NCBI GenBank assembly: GCA_965655095.1
Contig: OZ296648.1
Location: 41,354,001-41,418,000 of the forward strand
Length of the DNA: 64,000 nucleotides
Source: Haplodiscus bocki
Taxonomy: Eukaryota
Reading direction: 5' to 3'
Shown here: piece after piece, positions 1 to 13,107 of the stretch
Layout: each line of letters opens with the position of its first letter
Numbering within the stretch: the stretch's first letter is position 1
The notes under the pieces: model-generated
Database searches by the model: none
Told to the model about the DNA's origin: nothing
Seen by the model: only the letters and a program-made list of their open reading frames with translations
Made by a program: the position numbers and the translations under genes

Positions 1-600
1 CAGGTTTTAAATCAGTGTGTTCATTTGGTCTACCATTTTGTTTGTAATGATTACTTCCTTTTGAATCGAAATCTCATTGGATTTCAATTCGGGTTGTTTT
101 GGCCAGGTACGTAACGAAACTTAATTCGTTAAATATATCCTTAAGCAGTTTCGGATCTCTTTTTGCTTCATTTCAACAAAATCAACTGCTCTTTTTACAT
201 CCTGCAATCGAATTGGTTGCAGCTGATAGGTTTGGATCTGGATTAGTAACAGCTGGCTTTTCTTCTGCAGGTGCGTTTGAAATCTTTTTCAATTATTACC
301 TTCAATTGCTTCAGTTGTAGCCTTGGAGTGGACTGTTGTTTCATATGAATCCTAAGTGATTTTATTATCGGTTCGACAAGATCTGACGCATCATAGAGAA
401 AAACCCGCTCACCTAATTTCTCTGAGAATCGTAAGTGTTTCATTTTTGGAGGAGAGGTTGTTAGTCTTTCTGAATGTGCTCATTTTTCAGTTTCTTTTTT
501 TTGAAAGAATTAAAAAGGATTCGTTTCTGGTATGCGCACGTTAATCAATTCCTTTTAAAAAAATTTAATACATTTATAAAGTTTTCAATAGATGAATATT
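1..600 (-). pseudogene. Polinton-type conserved uncharacterised ORF remnant
   Basis: ORF 243-443 reads KHLRFSEKLGERVFLYDASDLVEPIIKSL, resembling the RLxxKLGxQxFHxDxxxxFEPxTKxL motif I recall from Polinton genes next to the ATPase. Confidence 0.5.
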
Positions 601-689
601 AGAGTAATTTTATAGTTGAACCTTTTAAGATCATCTTCTCTTAAAAAATCGCATACAATATTAGAAACAGTTCGTTTCTGGCAGACAAT

Positions 690-1180
690 CCGTGTTTTTT
701 TCCGGGGTTTCTTGTATTAGCAGAACTAGATTTTCATTTTGTTTTCTCCTTAGAAAAATCAATGGAAAGAACAATCTAGTCTCTGTCTTTCCATGCCTTT
801 TTAAGAAGATTCTGAATTTGATTTTCAGTCATATCAAATCCAGCATTATCTCCAAAAAAATTTTCGACCTCTTTTACAAACTTCTTTCACTGAAACGTTT
901 TTGTTGCCGCTATATCTTATAGTTCTTTTTGGTAAATGGAAGTGGGATTTGGACAAGCAATAAATAAATAAACCTGTAGGTCCCCGTCTTTTGAAAGATG
1001 GAACCATTGATTTTTGGTTGTAACCTAAGATATCATCAGAAGGTTCAACACAACAATGGTATACGTCAACTTGGTTATTCTAAAAATGTCTTTCATATTA
1101 CTGCTTTTCACTTTCTTCATCAAAAGATACATTTCACCAGAAAAAGGATGACCAGCAAACAAACTCTTTTTTAAGATGCG
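690..1180 (-). pseudogene. A32/FtsK-HerA-family genome-packaging ATPase (Polinton-type), degraded
   Basis: Manual translation: degenerate Walker A FAGHPFSGEMYL (~1127-1160), Walker B region SDDILG (~1027-1043), IYCLSKSHFHLPKRTIRYSGN (906-965; cf. YLSQSYFDLPKRTIRNN) and GDNAGFDMTENQIQNLLKKAWKD (~790-853). Confidence 0.8.
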
Positions 1181-1329
1181 TTTATATTTCACATTTATGT
1201 TTTAGTAAGGATTTTTTAAATGAAAAACTTCAACCAAACTGGGCTTCAGTTTTTTTTTCGGCATTTAATTTACTTCTTACAAAAAATATTTCTCATCGCC
1301 TAAAATGTTCAATTGGTTTGACCATCCTG

Positions 1330-1960
1330 ACAAAAAAATTGGTTCATTCTTAAAATATAGAACTTGTGAAAAATATTGTTCTACAAAAAGTTCTTGGTTA
1401 ATTTCTGTAAAAATCTAGGTTCATTTTTTTTAATGCCAAAACTTTTCCGTTTATCAATTTCATTTTGATTCTAAGAAAGAAACATTAGTGTTTTTTCATC
1501 AACAAAACTAAGAAAAAATGTACACAAAAAAACAAATTCTTTCTCGTCAGTTACTTTATCCGGTGAGCATTTTCCATGGATCTTCTCAAAGGAATTGTTA
1601 ATTTGCTGAGCTGGCTCATATTTTTTTGTGCTTCCAATTTTTATCTCTAACTATTACACGAATCATTTTTCATTCATTGATAAAGTACAAGCTGTAACAG
1701 TTAACGTTAATACTATTATCAACCCACAACCAGTAACAAACAAAGACACAGAAGTCGGAACTGTAGCGAAAATAGCAAAAATGTCGACTGTTTTTAAAAT
1801 TGCACATAAGACGTCATGTTTTTTTTTCAAAGAATTTTTTATTTAAGTTTTTCTTCTCTGAAGTTGGCGATAAGTTATTTAAGATTAGTAAATTCATAAT
1901 TGAAACTATTTTTTTCAATGCTTTTCTTTTCTATTGTATGTTCAAAATCGATAGATGACT
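1330..1960 (-). pseudogene. Polinton-associated predicted transmembrane ORF remnant
   Basis: Minus-strand LKTVDIFAIFATVPTSVSLFVTGCGLIIVLTLTVTACTLS, a hydrophobic SLxxTGxGLI segment of the kind seen in these elements. Confidence 0.45.
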
Positions 1961-1994
1961 CTAAAGTTGCTGATGCTTGTGATTTAGTAGTAAA

Positions 1995-2400
1995 CATTTA
2001 CATATACATATTTTCCAAGATGTAACCCCTTACCAGTCTGAGAGAACTTTTAAACATCTGGATTAGCAGATAAAGCTGCTTTTAGACTTTTAGATAGAGC
2101 TGGACTACCAGTTTTTGCTCCAACTTTGATTGCTATTTCAGATGTTTGCTTTGCTTTTGTAGCCATGTTTTTACCAGCCTCAGGAAAAGGTTTTCCATTT
2201 TTTCTAAAAGAAGTCTTAATTTTTCAAGCTCTTTTTGTATTATCATGGGAAGGCTCTGGTTTCTTTTTTCTACTTCATCTGTTTTCATCGACTGATCTTC
2301 TCCGACCGTTTTTTTTTCATCAACTTCAAAACTGGTGTCTAAGAAACTTGACGCCTCCAACACAGTATCAACAAACTTTGAGATGTTCAAGAGACACAAT
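1995..2400 (-). pseudogene. Small basic Polinton ORF remnant ending TGKGLHLGKYV (possible core/cement-like protein)
   Basis: Minus-strand GKNMATKAKQ..AIKVGAKTGSPALSKSLKAALSANPDV*KFSQTGKGLHLGKYV. The GxGL end resembles an adenain cleavage-type motif. Confidence 0.45.
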
Positions 2401-2479
2401 TTTTATTCTAAATTTTTGACTTCAATATCTTTTTGATAATTTTGGAAACTCTGATACTCAAAGTTGCACGTAAGTATGT

Positions 2480-4950
2480 ACCTAAGTTTTTCCTCCATCA
2501 AAGTAACTGTCAAAATTTCACTATTGAAATCAGCTCAGTATTTCTAATTGTCCAAAAAAATGTGATTTCATGCAAAACAGAAAATTTGATTTTTCATATT
2601 GTATTGATTCTGGTTCATGAAACTTTTGTATGAAGCTAGGTTCTCTAAATTGAAACGGAAAGGTTTCAGTTTTCTTGTGTCATTTGAAAAAGGTCCATTT
2701 ATACACTTACGTTTTGAATGGTTTTTGTGTATTGGAGTTTTATACCCGTTTTTGACATAAGCATAGTTGTTTAGGGACAACATTCCAAATTGAAGAGAAG
2801 TGTAGAACATTATTAAAAAAGGATTTTGATTAAACTTCACGATGTTACCCTTTTTTTCATGTTTTCATTGTAACACCATCAGTAACCGAACTTACATTTA
2901 TTAATATACATTTATTTTTATCTGGCGGTATCTCAACATTAAAAGAAACAGATTTACTGTTTCTCAAAAAAATTACTGTTTTCTTCTGAAACCTTTTTTT
3001 GCCCAAGATTTGTTTCGAAGTCCCGAAAAACGGTTGTGACAATTTTTTGTGAGAAACGTTCAAAACTGGACCTTGATGTGAAAGAGAATTTCTTCCTCCA
3101 TTTTTTGATTTTATCATGTTTTCCATTTTGTTGTCATCGTTAGGTCCCATTGGTGCGATTCAATTAGCAAAAGGTGGTGTTAGTGTTTCATTTTTTAAAT
3201 CTTCTTCCAAATTAAATCAACTTTTTTCAAACAAAACGACCTACTTGTTTCCTTTGGCATTTACTTGTTCTTTGCGAAAACAAATTTGGATTTTGTTTTT
3301 TTTTTCAACTTTTTTAAAGATAAAACTCCATATCAGAACCGGTTAGAACAAATATCCGTTTTCCATGTTCTTTTATACTCAAAAAAATAACAAAGAAGAT
3401 AGTATTTGTTGGTCAATTCCTTTTTTTTGCCATTGCTTCTTGCTGTTTTTTTGTCTGTTGAACAAAATTAACTGATTTTTGTACTTGAAAAAAATATTTC
3501 TTTTTATTTCTTCATGTGTGTATGCATTCGATTATACATTTGTTATAAATGTTATTCTGTATTAAAATGAAAACCTGCCGATAAAATCCATTCCAAAGTT
3601 TTCGTTAGTTGCAGAGTCATGTTTTTTGTTTCATCATCAAAATCAACTTTTCCTTTTTTTAAAGTCAACAACCTGAAATTTATCTGGAAGCACCTCCAAT
3701 ACTTGTATGTCAGAATCATTACATAATATGTCTGATATTTTTTTCAATTTCATTGTTTGTTAACTCCCTTTTAGAACCATGTTTCCAAGAGTAATATTTC
3801 TAAGGTTTTTAAACACTCAATTATACCAGTTCTCAGAGAAATTTCTTCAAATTCTTTTTTTTAGAGGAGTTTGAATCTATCTCTTTTTATTTCTGTCTTT
3901 CCGGCTTCCTTTACATGTAACTCACAATCATTTATTTCTCGTAGTTTTCTTGTTCTTTTTCATAGTTGTAGGATCAGTCTAATAACCTGGAGTAAAACGC
4001 GAAAGTTCAGTGGTGTGTTCAGTTCTAATGAAAGCAGCTCCATATACATCTGAGCTAGTTGTTCCTAACAACCAACTATCTGCTTCTGGTTTTAAGGGAA
4101 GTTTGAAGGGAAAAGCTTTTATTGGTTTGTTTACTTTAATATAGAGTACTTCCTGGGGGTTCTTTTTGTTTGACCATCAGGATTATGTGTTTTTCCAATA
4201 AAAAATTAAATGTGATAACCCATCATGCAATTTTCTCACTTTATGTTCCTATCAATAAAAACGCAAAAATAATTGCTTCACCATTAAAATCGACAAAACA
4301 AAGTAACATTTATCTTCTCTTCTCAAAAAAAATCTTTCAAAACAGACTTTATGTTAGTTTTTACATAACGCCAGATGAACACTTGTCGATTAGTTTGAAG
4401 GTAGAACTTCTTTTAATGGGTAAAAGTCATAGTTTAACTAACCACTAAAATCAAATGTGCATCCCTCATCATTCGCAAAAATTTCATGTTTTTTCTAGAA
4501 AAAACCTGTTTCTCCACCTAAATTGTATGGCTTCGGGATTTTTAAATGTTTCCTGTTCAAGTGGTTTTTCTTTTGCAAAGCTACTTTATATGTTTTTTCT
4601 AACATCAGTTATAAAATTTCCAATCGCACAATTTTGTTCAAACTGAATTTTCTAAGTTTTTGTTTCATTGACAAGTTTTCGAATCACAGTTTTTTTTCTT
4701 GAGCTTTTGTTATTTTTGTGTTCAATTAAGGAGTTTAACTACCATTCAAAACAAAACCAAGAACTTCTTTTTCGTTCCATTGGTGTCTGAAAAATACTTC
4801 CAATCTAATCTATTTTCATCAGCTCTAAATGTCGTGATTGACTGTAAAGCGTTATCAATTTCTGTTCTCTTATTCTCAAGTGGTAAGTGAAAATCTTGCA
4901 ATGATGGGTTAATAAAATTTAGAAGTTTAACATACTTAATTTAGTCAAAT
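2480..4950 (-). pseudogene. Two to three tandem minor-capsid (penton)-like gene remnants
   Basis: C-terminal motif twice: ADFNSEILTVTL (~2500) and VDFNGEAIIFAF (~4260). KCINGPFSND..FRFNLE (2568-2840). N-terminal motif PFKLPLKPEADSWLLGTTSSDVY (~4040-4120). FNVEIPP..INVSSVTDGVTMKT (2857-2950). Confidence 0.6.
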
Positions 4951-5559
4951 CCCAAGTTCCCTTCAAACAAAATCTCCAATATGTTGACGATTCTTGTACC
5001 CTAAGCCTTTAATTTTTTCCATTATCAAATTCAAAATCATTTTTAAAAAAGTATGTTCATTCGTTTTTTTTTTCATACCATGTTTAAATTCATTTTCTTT
5101 TGAATCAATTGTTTTTTTTCTAAAATTTGTTTCAAAAATTCCTGAATAACGTTTCCCTTCAATTGAAAACCTATTATTTCCTTCTGTTGTTTGAAAGTTG
5201 AGTTTTGTTCGTCGAACTTAAATACACATAGCACCCAATTTTCATCGCTTTTCGAAATTAGGAGAAAATTGAATGAGAGAGACGCCATTGTTTGATTTCA
5301 ATTTAAACTATAAAGTTTCTTGTGGTTTTGTTTGAGTTTGTTGAAAAAGCACACCAAGGTGTCTTAAAATTGGAAGCACGACCTCTCCGTTAACTAATTT
5401 GGAAAAATTTTGAAAACTTTATTTGATATATTCGTTAACACTTTTTTCTACTCTTTAGAGAAGTAATGTTTTGACAGTTTCAGTTTGGTGGGCAAAAGTT
5501 TTGATTCTTACGTATCTCAAACTGTTATGTATTTTTAGTTTTCTCGTTACCGTTTTTTG

Positions 5560-5970
5560 CTCCTACATAAAAGTATTACTGCTGATATTAAATCGTTTTT
5601 GAGTTTTTCCTAGGTAGAAGATATATACACAATTAGCCGCACAGTATCCTTCCACTTCTTAGTATATTATATTCGGGGAGAACGTTTTTTCCCTTTCTTA
5701 TTATAAAAAAATCAGTTGATAATTTCGGCGGCGCACAACCTTAAGAAACAAAAACTTCTTTGATGTATATCACACAATGTGTACATTTAGTATGTTGAAG
5801 ATTAGCAATATCATTTTTCTTCTATTTTTGCTGTTCACGGAGTCAACAAAATTTCAAGAGTCATCATCTCCCAAGCATTATAAACAGCTCCCGATTCATT
5901 CAGTACTTCTTTTGATTTTGAATTTGGTGTAGCTCTGTTTTTCAAAATATAAAGTTGAGTGATATTTTTT
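5560..5970 (-). pseudogene. Adenain (adenovirus-type maturation cysteine protease), degraded
   Basis: Minus-strand LKNRATPNSKSKEVL..DIANLQHTKCTHCVIYIKEVFVS*GCAPPKLS..GYCAANCVYIFYL, matching the GTHWV / FDSYG.xPP / CxxYCLY catalytic motifs. Confidence 0.8.
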
Positions 5971-8679
5971 TCTGCTTTTAAGACTAAATTTTGGCTACCT
6001 TCTCTTTCGATTTTGTTAAAGTTCAATTAAACTTTTAGTACTTCATCTGGTTCATTCTAATTCTCAAATGTTCCTTAATCTTACTTTCTTTGTTTTGTAG
6101 CTTTAGTAGAATCGTCTATAAAATTATCGTCTTATAAGTGTAAGTCTGTAATGGTAATTCATTTTTTATAATTCCATCCACTTTTTTTCAACAAAGTTTC
6201 TTTTATCAAACGCTTTATAAGTTTTTTGTTTCAATGTTTTTCTCCCATTTAATTCGGCCTTCTCCCAACTGATTTTTTGATTGAATTCATTCAATTCATT
6301 TTCTGGAGTTTAGGCCTCATTTTGATAAGATTCTAACCGAAATCTTTCATTCTATTTTCGCGAAGACAAAATTGAAAAATTAATTTGTCCAAAAATTGTC
6401 GCCACTTTTGTAGCTCGTTTCCTGTTGTTCTCCTTTTCAAATAAATGTGTGTTCCTTCCTTCCATCGGAAAATAGGGCAGTTTTCATCGTTTTTTTCTTT
6501 ATTTTGTTGTACTTTGGTTTCTTCTAACCATTTTTCGTTTTAACCACGTATTGAGTCTTTGAAGTCATCATTATATTAGATAATTCCATGTTCTCATCTA
6601 CCTTTCTATGAAAACATTTTTAAGGGCTGATAACATTGCTTTTTACCTTTTGCTTCTTTTACCTGGTGTTATTAATGATTAAGACCTACATTCCAGCAAA
6701 TCTTGTTTTGTTTCCCTCTCGTTCGAGTTCATCATTTATTGCAAAATGTATTGCCAACTCCATTTTTTACACTTTAATGCTTCTTATTAATTTTATCTAT
6801 GTAGTCTTCATAAAAAGGTGTAAAATCCTCAGTTTCAATTTTAACTAGGAGAGCAAGGCCACATTTCACCTTGAATTTGGTCATAAAAGATTTCTGTGAG
6901 GTCTTTTTCTGAGCCTAATTTGATTTTATGGGACTTCTATATTTACGTCATTTCGATATCTTTTAAAAATTGACTCTGGAACTCTCATTTCTTTCGAAAT
7001 TTGCTTTTGAATAATCTATGGTTTTTTGTTTCTGTTTCCATAAGTTTCAGCAAAGAATTTGTTTTTTAGATCGTGGTATTCTGCATTAAAAACAGAGAAA
7101 TTTAACTATGAAGGAAAGAAAGATTCTCAACTTGATTTATAAACAAACGGAGTTCACGATCAGGGTTTGGGGGCCGTTTGAACGTTTCCTCAGCCTTTGT
7201 TCCTTACTCAGTAAAAAACACTGAAAATGAATGCGAATAGGCGTTGCAGTATCAAAAAGAATAGACCGTGTCACACACAATGTTTTAATTGAGGTCAGCG
7301 TTTTTTTTGTCGCATTTCCTCGGAAAACAATTGATCGTCTACAAATACTTTCCAAAAGATTAATTTTTTGTGAAATCGATGGATCATGGTAATTTTAGTC
7401 AAAAGAGGACGGAAAGATTTCCTTGTTTCTCGAAATTTCTTCAGACGTGAGCTTTTAATGTGTATGTATTTTCTTCGCTGCCGGTTCTTGGCAGGTCCAT
7501 ATTGCCATAAATGTTACTTTTAGTTTTCAGGATGTTCTTTACTTTCAGGTTCTTCTCTACAACTAAGAGCTTGAAATCTTCTATCGAAGATTGATTCTAC
7601 ATCTCTTGGCTGGAAGAGAACCATTCAATTGATATTAGGTGGTTGTTTACCCTTGTGTTGGAGTCGTGACAGTTCAAAAATGCCAAATATGATAACAGTT
7701 TTGACAATTGCCCCTTTTTTCGATTCTCATTTCTCCGTAACTTTTGGCTTGACTTCTTCCGTCGAGGTTTTGGTTGAGATCTTTTTCTCTGTAGACGCGT
7801 CTTAAGAAGGAATTTCATTGATAAGTGGACAATGATGTGATTTTTCATGATAAGGCAAAAATGGAGTAAACGGCATATATTTTTGTGAATTTGTAGTTTT
7901 TCACTTTCATTATTTCCTGAAGTTCTTTTGCGATATAGCAAGTGTTTTGTGCAAGTATTTCAATTTTTAAAAAAACATGAAAATGAAATTTTCCAAATCA
8001 ATCAATCAAAGAAGGAAATAGAAGCTTGAAGTCTTCCGACAACGTCTCAGTCATTAACTTTCTTTTTATTCAAGAATGTTGTGAAAACACTGTGTTAATT
8101 GTTCCATCAATTAATTCGACACCCTTTTGACTACAATTGTCGCAATGCGATTGTGCCTCTTGCTAAGATTTGGCTGCACTTGTCAAACTTTCTGATCGTT
8201 TGACACTGTCTGTCAACCAGTTCCTTATTCCTTTGCACCAGCCTGCGTCTGTCTCTTTCATCCGGTTTTCCGGTGGACCAATAATGATTGCCAGAGCTTT
8301 CTGTTTTTAAATGTGGTTGTCGCTGTTACGCGGTTTTTATTCTATCACTGGCTAGTTTCTTAGATGCTCGAGAACTATTGCACATTTGAATTACTGTCAA
8401 AATTTGATCACTACGGGTAGTATTCGATTATGTGATCTACTTCGGCCAGATCTTTTGGTTTCCCATTTTAGCGGGCTCTTTTGAGTGACTGATTTTCGCG
8501 ATGATTCTGGAAGTTTCCTTTTTCTTATTTTCTTCAGTGCTCTGCTTCGCCGTTTGGAGCTAAAGTTTTCAGTGCTGCTCCCGTTAACTGTAGAACCTTT
8601 ATACCAGGTCATTTTTGCCGATCTCACGTTGCTCAACTAACGCTTCAATTACCTTTTCTTCACCCAAAAGCGTTTCACT

Positions 8680-9450
8680 GACTTGTTTTTTAATTTAGGC
8701 TGAGGCTCAGCTAGTCCGTCAATTGAATTTTTGACTGGCTGTGTTTTCTTCGTCTTTCACATATTAACGTAATAGTCTGTTTAACCAGCGCTATAGTCGG
8801 GTGCTGTAACCTTCACTGCTACGGTTTGTTTTCAACACTGGTTGACTGCAGTGATGAGTGGCTGACGGGCTTGCTACATTTGCGTAGATATATTATCTAA
8901 AAACTTCTAGTACACACTCTTTTTGGAAATTTCGTAATCTCCGGTTGCCGGTAGTTTCCCATTAAGCATGAGTATCTACTCGTGAACGCTATAGGCAATA
9001 ACTTGAAATCTGTGTCTCTGCCCTAGTAACGTTCCCCACTCTCGTATGGCTTGCATACTTTGCTACTGTTTTTCCTCGTCATTCGGTATATTGAGATTGA
9101 AGTCTAATTCGAACGATTTCTTTTTTTGATCGAAGTACTTTTGGGTTTCTTGATCTCGAGACCACTCTGTGTTCTTTTGCAAATTGTTTTCCTCAATCGT
9201 TTCTCTTGTTTGACAGATATTTGGTAAATTCAGCAAAATTTTTGTGCTGCTCCCACTTGAGTTTTCAAAAAATTCTGTGTTATCGGAGACTCCGATTTTG
9301 CTACTGCTTCGGTGTTTTCAGTATTGAGTCCGAAACTGTAGTTTGATGCATGATATCCAATCCTAAACAGTCTCTTCCAAACAAAGTTCCGTTTTTGTTT
9401 TATATGTTTTATGTCCGTCTTCTTCTGGCTATCTGATCGACGTTTCTTCA
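8680..9450 (-). mobile_element. Degraded, internally deleted Ty3/Gypsy remnant (gag zinc-knuckle-like + RNase H)
   Basis: Minus-strand RIGYHASNY (knuckle-like, ~9340), ASHTRVG..LPIAFTSRY, KTNRSSEGYSTRL*RWLNRLL, LTD*LS (Gypsy RNase H motifs). The element probably extends further on both sides. Confidence 0.65.
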
Positions 9451-10443
9451 TCTTGAAACCTTTAGGCTTTCGGTCGAACTTTTGAAACGGTAATGTCGTG
9501 CAGTCACAACGCTGTCACACTTTAAAGAGTTCTTTTAATTTTTGCTTCAAAACCTGTGTTTGCTTCTGCCAGACAGTACAAGAACTTTTTTCAAACAAAA
9601 TCTTCTTTCAATATAACGCCCAATACCTTGAATACGACAAGCTTCTTTGCTCCTTCATCCAGTTATCCGCCGTAAGCGCACTCTGCGTCGATTGTTCATA
9701 TCGTTAACTCAGTTTCGTTCTTGGTTGTTTTCAAATCTCTTCATTGACTCTTCCTAGTCTATCACTTGTGGTTGTCAATTCATTACAGTTATCGTTAAAT
9801 TTCCTTCAATCCAAGTCCATTTTTAACTGTTTTTAACTGATTTCTCGAAATTCACTGTTAAAAACGCTTCTGGGAGGAAAATGTTTTTTCGACTCATTTG
9901 TAGTTATTCAATTTATCCCTCGGTTTGTAACCGGTTTTCTATGTGCAAATTGCATTTTAAAAATGTATGGGTGGCGCCCTAGTTTTTTTGTTTTAGCGGT
10001 TGTTTGTGACAGTTCCAGGTAATATTTAGTTTCATAGATATAAATTTTTGTTACCGTCAAAGAAGCCTTGAAACTTTCATTATAAGCGCAGTTCAATGCT
10101 TCTTTCTGTTAGACTGGCCATTTCTAACAAAGCCATTTTACTGGTTGCTAGGTTAAAATTCAAAACAATAGCCCAATTTAAGCTCAGTAGATATTTGAAA
10201 TCGTCTCGCCATGCACTATTTTTTGGTAATTGTTCGATGCAATTTCTGGTTTTACCTGTTGCTATCTTTCAGCTCTCAGTTACATCTTTCTTCCGGTTTA
10301 CATCAAAGTGTTTAGTTTTTAATTTCCCCACTTCTGTTAATTTTCTATCCACGTCCGGTGATTTCACTTTTTTGTATAGTAGCAATCGGTGAACAACTTT
10401 TCATTACGAAGTCGGTTCTCCTGCTTGTATTTTGCAATACAGT

Positions 10444-12177
10444 TGTCGCAGCACACCTGCGAGGCATGCGGCCAACCCTTACTAGCCAAAAAGACACCCT
10501 GATGCTCGGGAGAAACTCAAACATTATATACTTTTAACTAGACTCTAACTTTAATTATATCATGTATTTTAACTGTTGTGCATATATACGGATACGAATA
10601 TAATACGTATTCTTAACAATGCACATATATATAGGTACGTATTTACACGGAACCAAACTGGTCCGGACTAGGACGGAACCGCTAGGGAACAAACAAGTAC
10701 TCAAAGAGTATTATTAACCTAAAAGGTGCTATTTTTATATTAATATAAATATTTAATTATCAAATATAAATCCACTTTTTTTCAATGAAATCTGACGGTT
10801 CGATAGATTGCAAGAAGTGGAATTTAATTAGAAATTACGATTAAATTGATGCTATAAGCACAACAACTGATTTCAAGTGTATTGACACTCGGAGTGAATA
10901 TTTGTTCCGTACGTGTTCCGTCGGTACTAGTCTGGTGACGTCACTAATACTATTCTTACTATGCCGTGCTGTAGTGAATACGGAAAGATTCCGGAATCAC
11001 TCCTCATTTGAGCACAGACTACTACCACTACTAATGAATACGGAAATATCCGGAAACCACTAGTTGCTACTCGTACGAATGAGGAGTAAAGTAGTAGTTC
11101 TACAAATTTCTCCTCATTTCCAGGGAGTAAAGACTAATGAACCGTTACTAATAATGATGAATTGAGCACGAGGGTGATGATTATTTATATTTTTTCATAT
11201 CATTCACAAATTTCAAGTTATGAATTTTGTATTTTTATTTTATTTTTATTTCACTTTTCTAATTAAAGAAATACCTTTCCTTCGTCCAAATATGGAATAT
11301 ACATTTTTAGAATGTGAACAAAACGTCGGCGCGGGAATAAACGATTTTAATGTCCATCTGTGACGGATTAGGACTGTCCATTTTCTGTCGGAAGATGGAA
11401 AAGGCGCCGCGTCCGGCAAGGGAAGAGATGGATGGAAAAGTTGTTTGTTTCCCACCAGAGCCGGCACTTTTTACCTTTGGAGCTATACTTCAAAAACTAC
11501 TTTTCCCTATTTGTACCTTGACTTGGCGTGTAAACAATTGTGTTTCCCGCCGGAAAAAGGTATAAATAGAAGAAGAGATGAAAGTATAAATTTGAAACCT
11601 TTGAGAACCTGTTCAGAATCTTATACTCTTAACTTGTGTTCTGTTGTACTGACGATATTAACCAGTATTCATACATTACTTTATTTTCCGCTACTGAAAA
11701 CTGTAAAAACTCCAATTTGAATTTCCCTTGAGAAAAGATATTCAATTAATTATCACTGGAAATACACTTTTCCCGTAGAAATGGCAACTGTTAAAAACAT
11801 GAGAAAACTGGCAGCCTTAAACAAGGAAAATTGTGAGGAGCATCCTAGGAGCAATGTGGCACGAAACTTGAGTCTTCACAGATCACAAGAAGACTAGATA
11901 ACTCAAGTTTCTGAGGAAATTGAAGGAAGGGTCACTAAAAAGTTGTCGCAAGAATTTAGCAGAACAGAAAACCGCATACTAGGCGATCTAGCACAACTTG
12001 ACGACTTTCTAATGAACCCGCTAATTCAGGGCCACTCCGCTCCAGAGACGTCCCGGAACGTATTTAGTATAAGCCAAGGAACGAACGAGGATGATTCCCA
12101 GAGTAACCCTCATCCTGAAGCGGGCTTCTTCAACACACAGATGACACAAACCTCTGGCCCAGAAGATGACCACGACA
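10444..12177 (+). mobile_element. Solo LTR (1734 bp), probably Gypsy, containing a gag-like ORF start
   Basis: TGTCG...CGACA inverted termini; perfect 5-bp TSD ACAGT at 10439-10443 and 12178-12182; homologous to 14530-15794. Confidence 0.88.
11781..12177 (+). pseudogene. LTR-internal ORF (MATVKNMRKLAALNKE...QVSEEIEGRVTKKLSQEFSRTENRILG...), one TAG
   Basis: ATG at 11781 follows a polypyrimidine-AG. Homologues at ~15493-15794 and 62180-62585. The frame stays open across the LTR end. Confidence 0.65.
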
Positions 12178-13107
12178 ACAGTTGTCATGTAGTCACTTGT
12201 TTTCAGAACTGGATTGAGCTTGGTGATTAAATATTTGAATTGGTTCCTATTCATTGACTTTTTCTTCGCTTTAATTTCGCTTGATTTGCTTCATCTTGCA
12301 AACTCAAGCCGCAAAAAAGCTTTTCTGTCCAAGTCTATTGCAAGTACTTTGTTTTGCCGGACATTTGTGTTTGGTTGTAGTGATTTTTATCTCTGTAAAA
12401 ATGACAATTTTTGTTATTACTGTTTTCTGATTTTGTTTCTTGATTTTTTTTGTGGCAGGGCTTCTTTTCCTTTTTCCGTTTTTCAGAATAAAGTCTTCCT
12501 GTGGGCCTTGTATAGAAATCTACGAGTGTTTGATTCTTGACTGTCTTCACCGTAATTGCTTTTCTCGTTCAAAATTTTGTCGTTTGATCTGGTATACATA
12601 GTGGAGGCTATAACTTTTACAATTATCAATTCTGACGATATGATATCTTTAAAATCGCATTCTTTCTCTCATTCGATTTTTTCCAGAATTTCTCTGGTTT
12701 CCTGGGCATAAGAAACCTGTGTTGTGGTGAAAATTTTGTACCACTGGCTTTTAGGCGTGCTATCAAAATTCAATTGTTCACTTTGTAAATATCAGTTGTT
12801 AATATATCATATTCTGAGAAAAATTTATTCTCAATATTAGAACAGAAATGCCAACTACCCGGTATGCTTTCCACTTAGGGAGTCAACAAATGTGGAAGAA
12901 ACAGTGTTCGATGAAACGGGTCCGTCAGCAGTGAGGTTGAAGGAAAACTCCACTGTAATCGTCGGCCACTTCATATTTCGCGAACAACGAATGAAAAACG
13001 AACTCAACCAAAGAGAACGTTTTTCATTTTTGCCCCAATTCAAAAAAATGGAAAAAGTTATGCATTCGAGAATAACTTTCACGCCTGAAGCAAAAGGCCA
13101 TCCAACA

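Larger units (their letters stand above)
1..6000 (-). mobile_element. Decayed Polinton/Maverick (adintovirus-like) endogenous element, virion-morphogenesis module; runs off the left edge
   Basis: Co-oriented minus-strand remnants of adenain protease, minor-capsid-like genes, small conserved ORFs and A32-like ATPase, with many stops and frameshifts. No terminus identified. Confidence 0.8.

Noticed and set aside
6000-8600. Polinton DNA polymerase or Gypsy integrase in this interval
   Set aside because: Looks like decayed coding DNA but no diagnostic motif could be read.
12856-13107. 5' LTR partner of the minus-strand Gypsy remnant
   Set aside because: It starts TGTTG on the minus strand, but no matching second LTR or TSD was found near 7100.
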